From Leidyana gryllorum EB-2025a (taxonomy: Eukaryota > Protista > Apicomplexa), in the NCBI GenBank assembly GCA_048772705.1, contig JBLWGC010000152.1:1-9866 (forward strand): a stretch of DNA of 9,866 nucleotides, written 5' to 3'. The position numbers and the translations under genes were made by a program. Under the pieces are notes generated by a model. The model worked only from the letters and a program-made list of their open reading frames with translations. It searched no databases and was not told the origin of the DNA. This document shows positions 1 to 8,461 of this stretch, piece after piece. Within the stretch, counting starts at the first letter, position 1; each line of letters begins with the position of its first letter.

Positions 1-42
1 AAAAAGTTGCACATACAAAAAGGTCAGGATGATACAATTCGC

Positions 43-643
43 CTAATGGGTAAGCGGGGAAGGCTGGGAAGCCGAGGTAAGTATGAAGGATGCGTGTTCC
101 TGTGGTTCCGAAATCACATTATTGAGTCTGCAACACTTAACGTACCTCATTGAGTAGGTCTGTGGCTGGTGGAGGGACTATTGGCCCATTCGATGGCGGT
201 TGTACCATTGATTGGTTCTCAGGCAGCGTCGATCCCAGGACGCGCGATTGAGAGCTCGCCTGGTTGTGTTGCGCCTGAATAATCAGCCTTTGTAGTGCGT
301 CGATTAGAGTTTGGGGATTCATCGGTGTGCCGTCGCGATCCAGCATCTCTGTGGGTCTTGAACCATTCTCGGGCTTCCGGATCCGAAGTCGAAGCGTTCT
401 CGTTCTGTCCGTGTTCGTGATTACGTCGAATTCGACGTCGAGTTGGCCAATGTTGACATCGGCCTGTATGTAGCCCCGATGACGCGCAACAAGAACCTGG
501 GCTGCCGCTACCAATACGGCGCTACCCAATAAGAGAGAGATTGTCACTTTAAAATAAGCGAACAGCGAGGCCCCCCATCCCGAGACGCCCACAAGCCAAC
601 TGCAGACCTGTCCCAAAACTCTGGAAAGACACTGGAGATCCAT
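43..643 (-). CDS. Hypothetical membrane protein, probably two exons (643-146 and 99-43, ~184 aa); the unspliced ORF is 137-643
   Basis: ATG-started 168-aa ORF with a hydrophobic N-terminal segment (SLFAYFKVTISLLLGSAVLVAAAQVLVA) and a P/Q/S-rich tail. The ORF ends GAG|GTACGT-TAA, a good 5' splice site. A 46-nt intron (145-100) ending CCACAG joins in frame to EHASFILTSASQPSPLTH* (TAG at 43-45). No family recognised. Confidence 0.55.
100..145 (-). other. Candidate spliceosomal intron (46 nt)
   Basis: Minus strand GAG|GTACGTTAAG...GGAACCACAG|GAA. Removal deletes the TAA and keeps the frame open for 18 more codons. Branch site is weak. Confidence 0.5.
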
Positions 644-1461
644 GATGATCGCGAACGAGCAGATTGATCAGCCCTAGGCAAAAACCACAGAGGAGACATG
701 CGTCTCCGCTGAGTTAACTACTACAGGAGACACGCCTGAGATGATCGGGTCCCCATAAACCCAAAAGTGAGCCGTCCAGGCGGCATGACGAGCGCAGAGG
801 AACCCTACCGTGCGTAAACTCTTTTGCGTAGACCATAGACCATAAACGATATAGCTGGACTGACTAACGCCGTTTCACCTCATTCCCCTCAATGGGATCT
901 TACATCTCAAAAAGGAGTTGTTAGCGACTCACACTACGGAATTACCGCTGGGACAGCAGACACTACGGAGACAGGACCTAACGACAGTTATCTCCGCTCG
1001 CACGAATCACAATCCAACGTCGAACCAGAGGTCCTCAACAAAGTCGAAACGTTAAAGAGAGCGCCTCACTGCACCATCTAGTAAAAGGCGAGATGGTGAT
1101 AAGCTCGGAGGCACTCTGCACACGAATTTTGGGGCCCACCAGCCGCCGGAGACGGCGTGTGCAGTGGATGGAACGGATGGGTAATCCACAATGTCGACCC
1201 AATCAGCGATCTGAAGTGATGTCGGTTGATCGCTGATCGGTGTTGGACTAACAGTCGCCTGGTGGGATAACTTCCCACTGTGACCCGGTTGGGAGGCAAT
1301 GCTCAGACACACTGAAACAGATCCACAGGTCCCTCGGGCTGGGCTGGAGACTCTAGACGGTGCTCACCGGAAGGTGTGTACAGTCGAGAGACGTCCGTGC
1401 GGTCACACCAGGCTGGAAACAGAGCGGGTCAGTCGCACACTTCAGACAGCGGGAGGAGAAC

Positions 1462-1535
1462 CAGTTGGGACTGCTTCTTTCACCGACTGATCGGTCATCA
1501 GTTGGGACTGCTTCTTTCACCAACTGATCGGTCAT
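1462..1535. repeat. Tandem duplication, 2 x 37 bp
   Basis: cagttgggactgcttctttcacc(g/a)actgatcggtcat at 1462-1498 and 1499-1535, one mismatch. Confidence 0.95.
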
Positions 1536-1726
1536 AGTGGGCTAACGCTACACTGACGGAAGGCGGCTGATCTGCGCTGACTATGTTTATATACCGGCCT
1601 ACTACATTAGATAGCTCTGATAGACTCGTATTTCAAGGATTAAACCTCTATACAAATTTTGTGATTCCAACTACTAATAGAGGGAGACACAGATTAGACA
1701 CACACGTGTGCTTGCATTCCTTCTAG

Positions 1727-1732
1727 TTTATT
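1727..1732 (-). promoter_or_regulatory. Candidate polyadenylation signal AATAAA
   Basis: tttatt on the + strand, about 30 nt downstream of the TAG (1764-1766) of the proposed spliced minus-strand frame, at the edge of an AT-rich stretch. Confidence 0.3.
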
Positions 1733-1763
1733 TGTGACTGAACTGAAACTATGAATAATTCAT

Positions 1764-2306
1764 CTAACGACTCAGGAATGCGTTTCCATCATAGACGGAT
1801 CCAAAACAGAACCAACGATAGGACTAGTAGGATCAGCATCCGGAACGAAGAGTTCAACACCGACTCGCAGTTCGTCGACTTTTATGCGGGTGGGTGTCGG
1901 TCGAGGGGGAGACGAGACGGGACTGATATCTTCAATGAAACTTCGAATAAAAGTCAACTTACCTGCGGGTTGCAGTGTCTGGCTCAAGAAGCGATGCGCA
2001 GGGGGAGGAGCAACCACTGCACTCTGGTGAATGTAAGTCCCCCGGAAGGGTCACACACAGTGTGATTCTCCCACCTGAGACTTTCTGAGAGGGCGGACGA
2101 GGCTCGACTCGACGCCGACCGATGTGTGGTGAAGAGGCGTTGTTGGTCTCCCGCCTAATCTCAATCTGTTCTGCGAAATGGCAATAGGTCTTTATTGTTG
2201 ATCTGGTCCCGATGTTTATGGCGGTTCATACTTTGTGGTTCGACTTTTCCGTTTCGATGAACCTCCAAGGAGGCACATTTACTTTCTGCGTGATTATGAG
2301 TGTGAG
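1764..2306 (-). other. Probable multi-exon spliced region: 3' part of a small gene, or spliced tail/3'UTR of G1
   Basis: Candidate introns: 2231-2171 (GTATGA..TTCGCAG), 2074-2024 (CAG|GTGGGA..CTTAC..CACCAG), 1962-1923 (CAG|GTAAGT..TATCAG), 1864-1824 (GTCGGT..GCTGAT..TACTAG). Splicing them gives one open frame ending ...ECSGCSSPCASLLEPDTATRSPVSSPPRPTPTRIKVDELRSYRWFCFGSVYDGNAFLSR*. No in-frame ATG was found. Confidence 0.4.
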
Positions 2307-2478
2307 CTGCACGTCAGTGGTCCGGTGACGTTTCAGAGCTGATCGTCTTTGGAGCAGGTAGGTGTCTCTCAGTGGTAGGGACTCCTATCTGTTTGTGTAT
2401 ATTGTGTGCTCTGGTCAGCTAACAAGACCGGCAGGGAGAGATGGTTGACACACTTAAGACTGTGGCGCCCCCATGAGG

Positions 2479-3724
2479 TCATCCTCTTCCGGTGGGAGGT
2501 GGGCAGGCTGGGAGAATCATTGGTAGTTGCCACCTGATAAGAGTTCGACAACGCTTGTGCTCAGTATATTGCTGTCTAAGCCACTTTGTTGTGAAGTCGA
2601 GGGCGCCGACACTGAAGTCTGTGAACCCGCTTTGCGGATAAATAAAGAGATCGGTGTTTTTCAGGATGAGACAGAACCAGCGTTGGAACTGATCTGAATC
2701 GAAGGCGAGTTTGGGGAGGTGGGACGCGTTGCGGAATTTGGTGAGGGCAGAGTCAAATACTTTCTGTATATCCGCCTCCCAGTTTGTCTCGTTGATGAAG
2801 CACAAGTAGTCGCCCAATTCACGCTCGGCTGCTGACGACATGAAGATTTTGTAGAGTGTTTGATCGCTGTAACTTCCAGATGTGAGTTCAAGCAATGCTT
2901 GAAATCCAAGTTCCGAGCACCGACCAATCGCTGGAACGCACACTCGGAGACTAGCTGCTGCTTTGTTCGTAGATCGGCGTCGCAGAGCATCGGCTATCAG
3001 GTACCATCGGAAGATTCGCTCATCGTTTGCGCACTCGCCATCAATGGCTACTTGCGTTACACCCCAATTCTCCAGCAATTTGATGTGAAACACGACTCCC
3101 TCACTGTTGACAGGATGAATCTGCCATATCCACACAATAACCCTGCTTCTGCTTGAATGGGGACGGAGTTCTTTGATTGCCCACAAAGGCATTGCATCCG
3201 CCCCCTTTGACGACAATCTCGTACCGAAACTCCGTACTCGGATCGATCATTTTCATTGGCGATTCTCTCTGGTGATTGAGATTTGGAGCATTGATGACAA
3301 TGGAATGCGGAGACGTCCCTCTGATCGATAGATGCTGTAACGATTGGAACGTCCACACTCTCTCTTCAAGCTCCAAATGATCCGAAACATGTGTCAACTC
3401 GACTGTTAATCTTTTCACTCGGCAGTCTGGCAAGCCACACAATAGCCGTACCCTCCGTGAAGACTCTCTCCCAGAGAGGTGGAGAGATCTTGCGAACCGC
3501 ACTAAGCCAGGAGATCTGGGCAAGACCTCCCGAGTTTGAACCATTGCACGTAGTTGCCGACATAAATCACTGTCAATTACGAGATCTGCCTTGCTCAGAT
3601 GCCCAACGACCCACGTCTCCCACTTTCTCGAAAGCCCGGCAACCTTCAAAAGATCCAAAATGGGCAAAAATCCTAACACTTGTTCTGCCACTTGTGTGGT
3701 GTGTATTCTGGTCACCACCACCAT
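2479..3724 (-). pseudogene. G1: F-box-like/LRR-like protein with conserved unassigned C-terminal domain; split by a +1 frameshift near 3201-3208 (ORFs 3101-3805 and 2479-3216)
   Basis: N-terminus VAEQVLGFLPILDLLKVAGLSRKW resembles an F-box; WTFQSLQHLSI..IVINAPNL is LRR-like. The C-terminal part aligns by eye with G2 and G3 (WYLIADALRRR, LLELTSGSY, WLRQQYTEHKRCRTLIRWQLPMIL). Deleting one base in AAA-GGGGG gives EIVVKGADAMPLWAIKEL, gap-free against G2 ELNIRNFDKKNRADVRPL. Likely ATG at 3724. A homopolymer sequencing error cannot be excluded. Confidence 0.75.
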
Positions 3725-3741
3725 TCCCACCGCTGGGACAG

Positions 3742-3811
3742 TTGTAAGGACACTACTCGACAGGCCACAGACGGGTGTTTGTAAGGACACTACTCGACAG
3801 GCCACAGACGG
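3742..3811. repeat. Direct repeat, 2 x 33 bp, period 37
   Basis: ttgtaaggacactactcgacaggccacagacgg is identical at 3742-3774 and 3779-3811, just upstream of the likely G1 start codon. Confidence 0.95.
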
Positions 3812-3835
3812 AGAAACAGGGAACTAGAACTAACA

Positions 3836-4119
3836 ATGTTTAAACGTAGTCAACGTAACACAGCCCAGCAAACTACGACCCCGATCCTTGACGAAGAGGA
3901 GGCGGGATCTTATACAATGCTTCGGTGCAAACGAGGTGCATCAACGAAGCCCTCTATCCGGTGGAGGGCAAATGGGAAGATGCAGTGGCAGCCGCCATCG
4001 GCTTGGCCCGCGACACTGTTCTTCATCTGTGTACTGTCGCCGCAGCTACTGCGACTCGGAAGTTATTCGCACCACTACACTGGATTAAGATCACTTATTT
4101 CCACGATAAGATAGAATAG
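3836..4119 (+). pseudogene. Possible degenerate gene divergent from G1
   Basis: ATG in an A-rich context (acaATG) opens MFKRSQ...ILDEEEAG. A one-base shift at the GGG near 3904-3906 would join it to ILYNASVQTRCINEALYPVEGKWEDAVAAAIGLARDTVLHLC...FHDKIE*. No homologue recognised. Confidence 0.2.
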
Positions 4120-5057
4120 GTTCTCGAACTCGGGACACTTGATGCTTAGTTTGGGCGGCTTGGACTCTGAGACGGCGGAGGAGAAGCGGCACAGTGGCTC
4201 TCTCAAGCGCCCAACCGCCACATCTCTGCATTCCTAAATAACTGTTAGGATTGGCACCTACGGAGACCCGTGGTCCAACAATTGCTTGGGGGAAGCACGC
4301 GTAACAGCCATCGGTTCAGTTCACGGTAAGTCACCACAAAACGTAAAAGGCACACACGTGTGTTCTCTACTCTATCTGGGTCCGGTTGTTCTCGAGGGCG
4401 CTGCAGTGGCCATGTGGTGTTTCTGCGGCACATGGGCGGTGTAGTGGTCTCAAGGGTAGTCGGGTGCACTAGTGTCTCCTTCTCCGCATCACGGGGTATG
4501 CCCCGGGTGTGACAATTGTGCTGGGTGGATGGCTAAACTACTTACGCCGGAGCAGTCGACCTCCTACGGGCGTCCCGGCCTCCTCATCTAGCCTCCGGTC
4601 CCGGTCTAGCAGTGGGACGAGGGGTGGCAAAGGGTCAGATCTAACAATAACTCTGTGACCGTCTCGTCGCTGTGGTCCCCGAATTCGAGTTCCAACATAG
4701 TGCCGAATGAGCGGTCAGACCCTTCCTCAATCAACGCAGACTGAATTGGAGGCGACGTCCGTTCTTCTTCTTCCACGGCCTCTTTCCAGACTGAAATTTG
4801 CAGAATACCTTCGAGAGGTCCCGCATTCCCAAACCGTTGAGGGGAGCGTGTGCTCAGTAAAAAGTACTATACTTCTCCAGTCGGCAGCTACATTGCCGTC
4901 AGCCAAGATGCTGGGGCCATTGTACATCACCCGGGTCGCTAGAGTGTGTGGGTCTCCAATGACGGTTTCCAACCCGTTATATCGATGAACCCTCAAAGTG
5001 TCCCCTCTAAGACCACAGTAGATATTTCGGCCGGGAGGTTTGTTGTATTCAAATACT

Positions 5058-5104
5058 CTGGGTGTCAGTCAGTCTTCAATGAGATCGACACTTAGCTCAG
5101 TCAC
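5058..5104 (-). other. Candidate intron (47 nt)
   Basis: CTG|GTGACT...GACTGACTGAC-ACCCAG|AG: branch consensus 6 nt before the 3' end and a length typical of the other candidates here. Confidence 0.45.
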
Positions 5105-5430
5105 CAGCACAAGCGGCAGACCAGCTAGCAATGGACATCTTTTGTGCTGCAGCCGTCCAGTCACCCTGAGAGTATGAGCACATGCCACCAAGCCGAGTTA
5201 ATCGATCGCATGACGGAGTGTGTGTGCCTCAGGAAGTCGTCGATCGCTGATTATCAAAACCCTGCGACACGAAATCTGGACTATGATAACCCTAAGTAAG
5301 TGAACCCCATTTCTGTATCTTCGTCGTGTATGATATTGCGTGTGGTGCTTTGGCGTGGTACTCCGATGTCGGCTTACACGGAGACACCGGCATACGAACG
5401 CAGGTGTGTGCTTGGCACTCACGGACTTAC

Positions 5431-5529
5431 GTCATTGTTATAATGAGATACGGCTCGAGACGGACTACGGAGCGAGGTGGGTATCAATCCGGTGGAGGAT
5501 TTGGACGCGTCGCGGAACTGGAAGGAGAC
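5431..5529 (-). other. Candidate 99-nt exon
   Basis: Preceded by GCTGAC-CATCTCGCAG (branch plus acceptor) and followed by GTAAGT. Open in phase 0 (VSFQFRDASKSSTGLIPTSLRSPSRAVSHYNND). Parent gene not resolved. Confidence 0.4.
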
Positions 5530-5745
5530 CTGCGAGATGGTCAGCCCATACAGACGGTCAGTATTCAATGGTTAAGGTTCGGTGGCGACAGAAGAGAAGG
5601 TTTAGGTTTGAGAAGGGGCATATTCGGTTGGCCCAACCAAAACAGTTATCACAGCTTTACATTAGCTGAAAAGCTGCATCGAGTGCACTCCGCGGCTCTA
5701 CGCCATGTCCAATACGTGGAGATGCTGACAAGAAAAATGACACAA

Positions 5746-7629
5746 TCAATTCGCTGCACCCGCAGGTGACGAGTCGGAGATGGTTGTGGTGGACGCAGAT
5801 TCCGGATGGGGCGAAACTGAAGTAGCAGTCTCAGGAGAAGCTTGCGACGAAGTCTTTAGGTTTGGGGAGGGAGGGGGAGCGCGTGGTGAAGGTGGGGGAC
5901 GCGACACCAGTATCATGGGCAAAGACCAACGTCTGAGTGTGCGGCATGCCACTTCTTTGGTATACTGTGAGCGCAACCAATCGTTCTTGAGTTCCATCCT
6001 CACAACTTGCCTCTGGAAGCCATTGTGTGGTATGGCTTGTGGATCGACCGTCCTGAAGATCTGCGCGAAAAGGGAAAGTCTAAGCGCTACTTTGTCCCTC
6101 TCTGAATTGGTGTGACCAGCAGGTGTTCGAGCCAACATCGACGAGAAAACGTTCCCAATGTTTCTCCACCACAGATCGCCTTCGCTGACGGGCGTGTGGT
6201 ATGTTTCAATGGCCCTTTCTTCTACCCTCTTGAAAATGCTGAGAAGAGCCTTCTCTGTGTAGTTGCCCGAGACTAACTCCATGAGCAGGCTCGAGGCCGT
6301 CCACGCCTGCACGTAGGCGACAGAGAACTTGATGGAACGACCGGAGAACCTCCGGACGCAATCCGCAATCAAGTACCAATACTCAATCAAATAGTCAGAG
6401 TCATTCTCCCCAAGAAAGTTCAGAGCCACATAACTCACTTGCCACGAAGACAGAAGAGAAACAAGAAAGATCATCTCGTCCACCCTATTAAGACACTGAG
6501 AGAATGTGGCAACAATGGTGCAGCCCTCAGGAACCGTCAGGGGTCGGACATCGGCCCTGTTCTTCTTGTCAAAGTTCCGAATGTTCAGCTCGACTCTCGT
6601 GGCAGTGGCAGTGAGCGGAATCAAACTCGAGACATTGTCAAACTCGTATGTTGCAAAGTCAATATCGATAGACAGCACATTCTTCTCTGCTGTGAAGCCT
6701 CTCAAAGGGAAGAGGTCCTCGTGGTGAAAGGGAATGAATGTGAGAATGGGCGGAACATCTTCGAGATCTTTCTCAATAGTGTCCAAGCTCTGCACAGGTG
6801 GGCGTCCGCCCCGAGTTCTGACGCACACAGCCCATGCTTTGTCACGGTCGTCCTCTCCATAGTCCAATAGATACCAAGTGGTAAACATGGCTTTGAGATA
6901 ACTCTCGTCCCGATCGGGCTCGTTCGGAGACCAGTTCTTCAGGTGTGGCACACCGTTTTCATACCGTCTCACGCAGGATGGTAACAGATATCCACACAAA
7001 TGGGGGTTGGGCCTAGAAACCGAAAGTACATTGGCGAACACCCTCCAGGCATCGTCCCATTCGTTGATCACAATTCGGGCCGACGGCATCCCCTTCGCAT
7101 CCGCAAAATCCTGGGAGCTGCAGATTACGTTCGCTTTCCAATGTGACACATGTTTTTGGAGACATCCAACCGTTGACCTCAGCAAGAATAGATTTTCGCA
7201 GTTGAAGTTGACAGTTTTCTCTTTCGTCGTTGGATCGCAGGTGATTGTCAATTCCTTAACAGAAGGATACGTGAACCGATACGGGTGTTCCACAGCCGCA
7301 AGCGCCTCATCTTCCAGATGAATAGCCAAGATTTTTACCTTGGAATCCTTGCAACTGCACAGCTTTTCAGCTATCTTAAGCGCTTGAGCTCCCCCGATTT
7401 TGAGTGAGGGAATCTCCTTCAAGACGTCCAAAATGCAGGGGAACTTCTCAGCCTCCCGAAGCACGTCCTCCCATATCTTAGTATTTATTTCAAAGTGCGA
7501 GGGTGGACTTTGAATGTCCAACAAAGTTGAATTCATCGTATCAGACGACGTGAGCGGTAAATCCTTGTTGGCTGGGCCGGTCCTGAACACCGCCCTGAGT
7601 AACCTCGCCATATCAGTGCCTGCCTTCAC
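5746..7629 (-). CDS. G2b: LRR-like module, central module, conserved unassigned C-terminal domain and Ser/Pro-rich tail (~620 aa)
   Basis: 627-codon uninterrupted ORF (frame open from 7710; first ATG at 7611). Motif-level homology to G1 and G3 (WYLIADCVRR, LMELVSGNY, DPQAIPHNGF, WLRSQYTKEVACRTLRRWSLPMIL). It has no F-box of its own, so it may be the 3' part of a gene starting in G2a. Confidence 0.85.
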   Translation of the reverse strand: MKAGTDMARLLRAVFRTGPANKDLPLTSSDTMNSTLLDIQSPPSHFEINTKIWEDVLREAEKFPCILDVLKEIPSLKIGGAQALKIAEKLCSCKDSKVKILAIHLEDEALAAVEHPYRFTYPSVKELTITCDPTTKEKTVNFNCENLFLLRSTVGCLQKHVSHWKANVICSSQDFADAKGMPSARIVINEWDDAWRVFANVLSVSRPNPHLCGYLLPSCVRRYENGVPHLKNWSPNEPDRDESYLKAMFTTWYLLDYGEDDRDKAWAVCVRTRGGRPPVQSLDTIEKDLEDVPPILTFIPFHHEDLFPLRGFTAEKNVLSIDIDFATYEFDNVSSLIPLTATATRVELNIRNFDKKNRADVRPLTVPEGCTIVATFSQCLNRVDEMIFLVSLLSSWQVSYVALNFLGENDSDYLIEYWYLIADCVRRFSGRSIKFSVAYVQAWTASSLLMELVSGNYTEKALLSIFKRVEERAIETYHTPVSEGDLWWRNIGNVFSSMLARTPAGHTNSERDKVALRLSLFAQIFRTVDPQAIPHNGFQRQVVRMELKNDWLRSQYTKEVACRTLRRWSLPMILVSRPPPSPRAPPPSPNLKTSSQASPETATSVSPHPESASTTTISDSSPAGAAN

Positions 7630-7732
7630 AAAGAATCCGGTCTCAATGCCGAGACCTCTGACTTTGACGATGTGTGAGGAAAAAGCCCAGAAGTCCCAAA
7701 ATGAACACGCTCAAACTGTCGGCGGTGATCTA

Positions 7733-8251
7733 TCATCCCAAGTCAATCCATGAGACACGGAAACGTTGAAGGCTGGCATTGTCCAGATGGAGTGTTTGGA
7801 GTTTTTTCCCGATTATATTAATCGGTGGCCCGAATTCCTCCCCTCCATCACTCCTCAGTGTCAGCCTCCGCAGAGATGGAAATTGCCAATGTGGTGGTGG
7901 CAATGTGTGGTCAATGAACCCATCCCAGCGTAACGTGATGGAAAGCTCATCGACTTCCGCGTCCTCCCCGCCACACAGTTCATTAGCGATCATGCCAGCG
8001 TTGGTTCCGCACAGATGCAGACAATGGATCCTCCTCATAGCGTACATTATACTCTCATCCATCTCAATAAGCGGTTGTAATTCACCCCATTCGGCCGAGC
8101 TAATCTCAAACGACGCTGATCTGAAGTAATCACTCAAACACTGCCATGGAACCTCAGTCGCGAGGGCCACCCTTAGGACGCCACTGATTGTCAGGTGCTG
8201 AAATAATTGACTCCTCAAGATCGTGCATTTCAACAGATCGGTGATCAGCAT
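7733..8251 (-). CDS. G2a: F-box-like N-terminus plus LRR-like module; truncated paralogue or 5' part of G2b (ORF open to 8341)
   Basis: MLITDLLKCTILRSQLFQHLTISGVLRVALA is F-box-like. LHLCG..LCGGEDAEVDELSITL..WQFPSLRRLTL..INIIGKKLQTL aligns with G1 LHLSG..LCGLPDCRVKRLTVEL..WTFQSLQHLSI and G2b LKIGG..LCSCKDSKVKILAIHL..FTYPSVKELTI. Ends at TGA-TAG, out of frame with G2b. Confidence 0.7.
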   Translation of the reverse strand: MLITDLLKCTILRSQLFQHLTISGVLRVALATEVPWQCLSDYFRSASFEISSAEWGELQPLIEMDESIMYAMRRIHCLHLCGTNAGMIANELCGGEDAEVDELSITLRWDGFIDHTLPPPHWQFPSLRRLTLRSDGGEEFGPPINIIGKKLQTLHLDNASLQRFRVSWIDLG

Positions 8252-8461
8252 TGAAGTCAAAAAGTACAGAGGTGCACCTCGCGCAAACACTTCGCCCCTG
8301 GGATCGATTGAACGCCCCTCGAAGGGCATAGCGTCGGTCATTCAGCGTGTTTGTATCGGTTCACGCTTCTCAAGAGGGCCTAAATTGCTCTCAAGACTCG
8401 ATGTCATAGTAGCCTCATCAAAAATAAAATGGAAGTGGAAGACAACAGAGAAAGTCGACAG

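Noticed and set aside
1462-1535. CRISPR-like repeat (37 bp, partly palindromic)
   Set aside because: Two adjacent copies with no spacer, no cas genes, eukaryotic context.
1052-1535. Short ORFs 1052-1312, 1078-1299, 1299-1490 and 1353-1535
   Set aside because: Short, overlapping, no recognisable motifs; partly run through the tandem repeat.
4151-4214. Imperfect stem ttgggcggcttg / caagcgcccaa as a possible ncRNA or MITE
   Set aside because: Short, bulged and single-copy, with no tRNA features or clear target-site duplication.
5746-7629. Alternative genetic code (TAA/TAG as sense codons)
   Set aside because: The 627-codon G2b frame has no TAA/TAG, which is not expected if they were sense codons.
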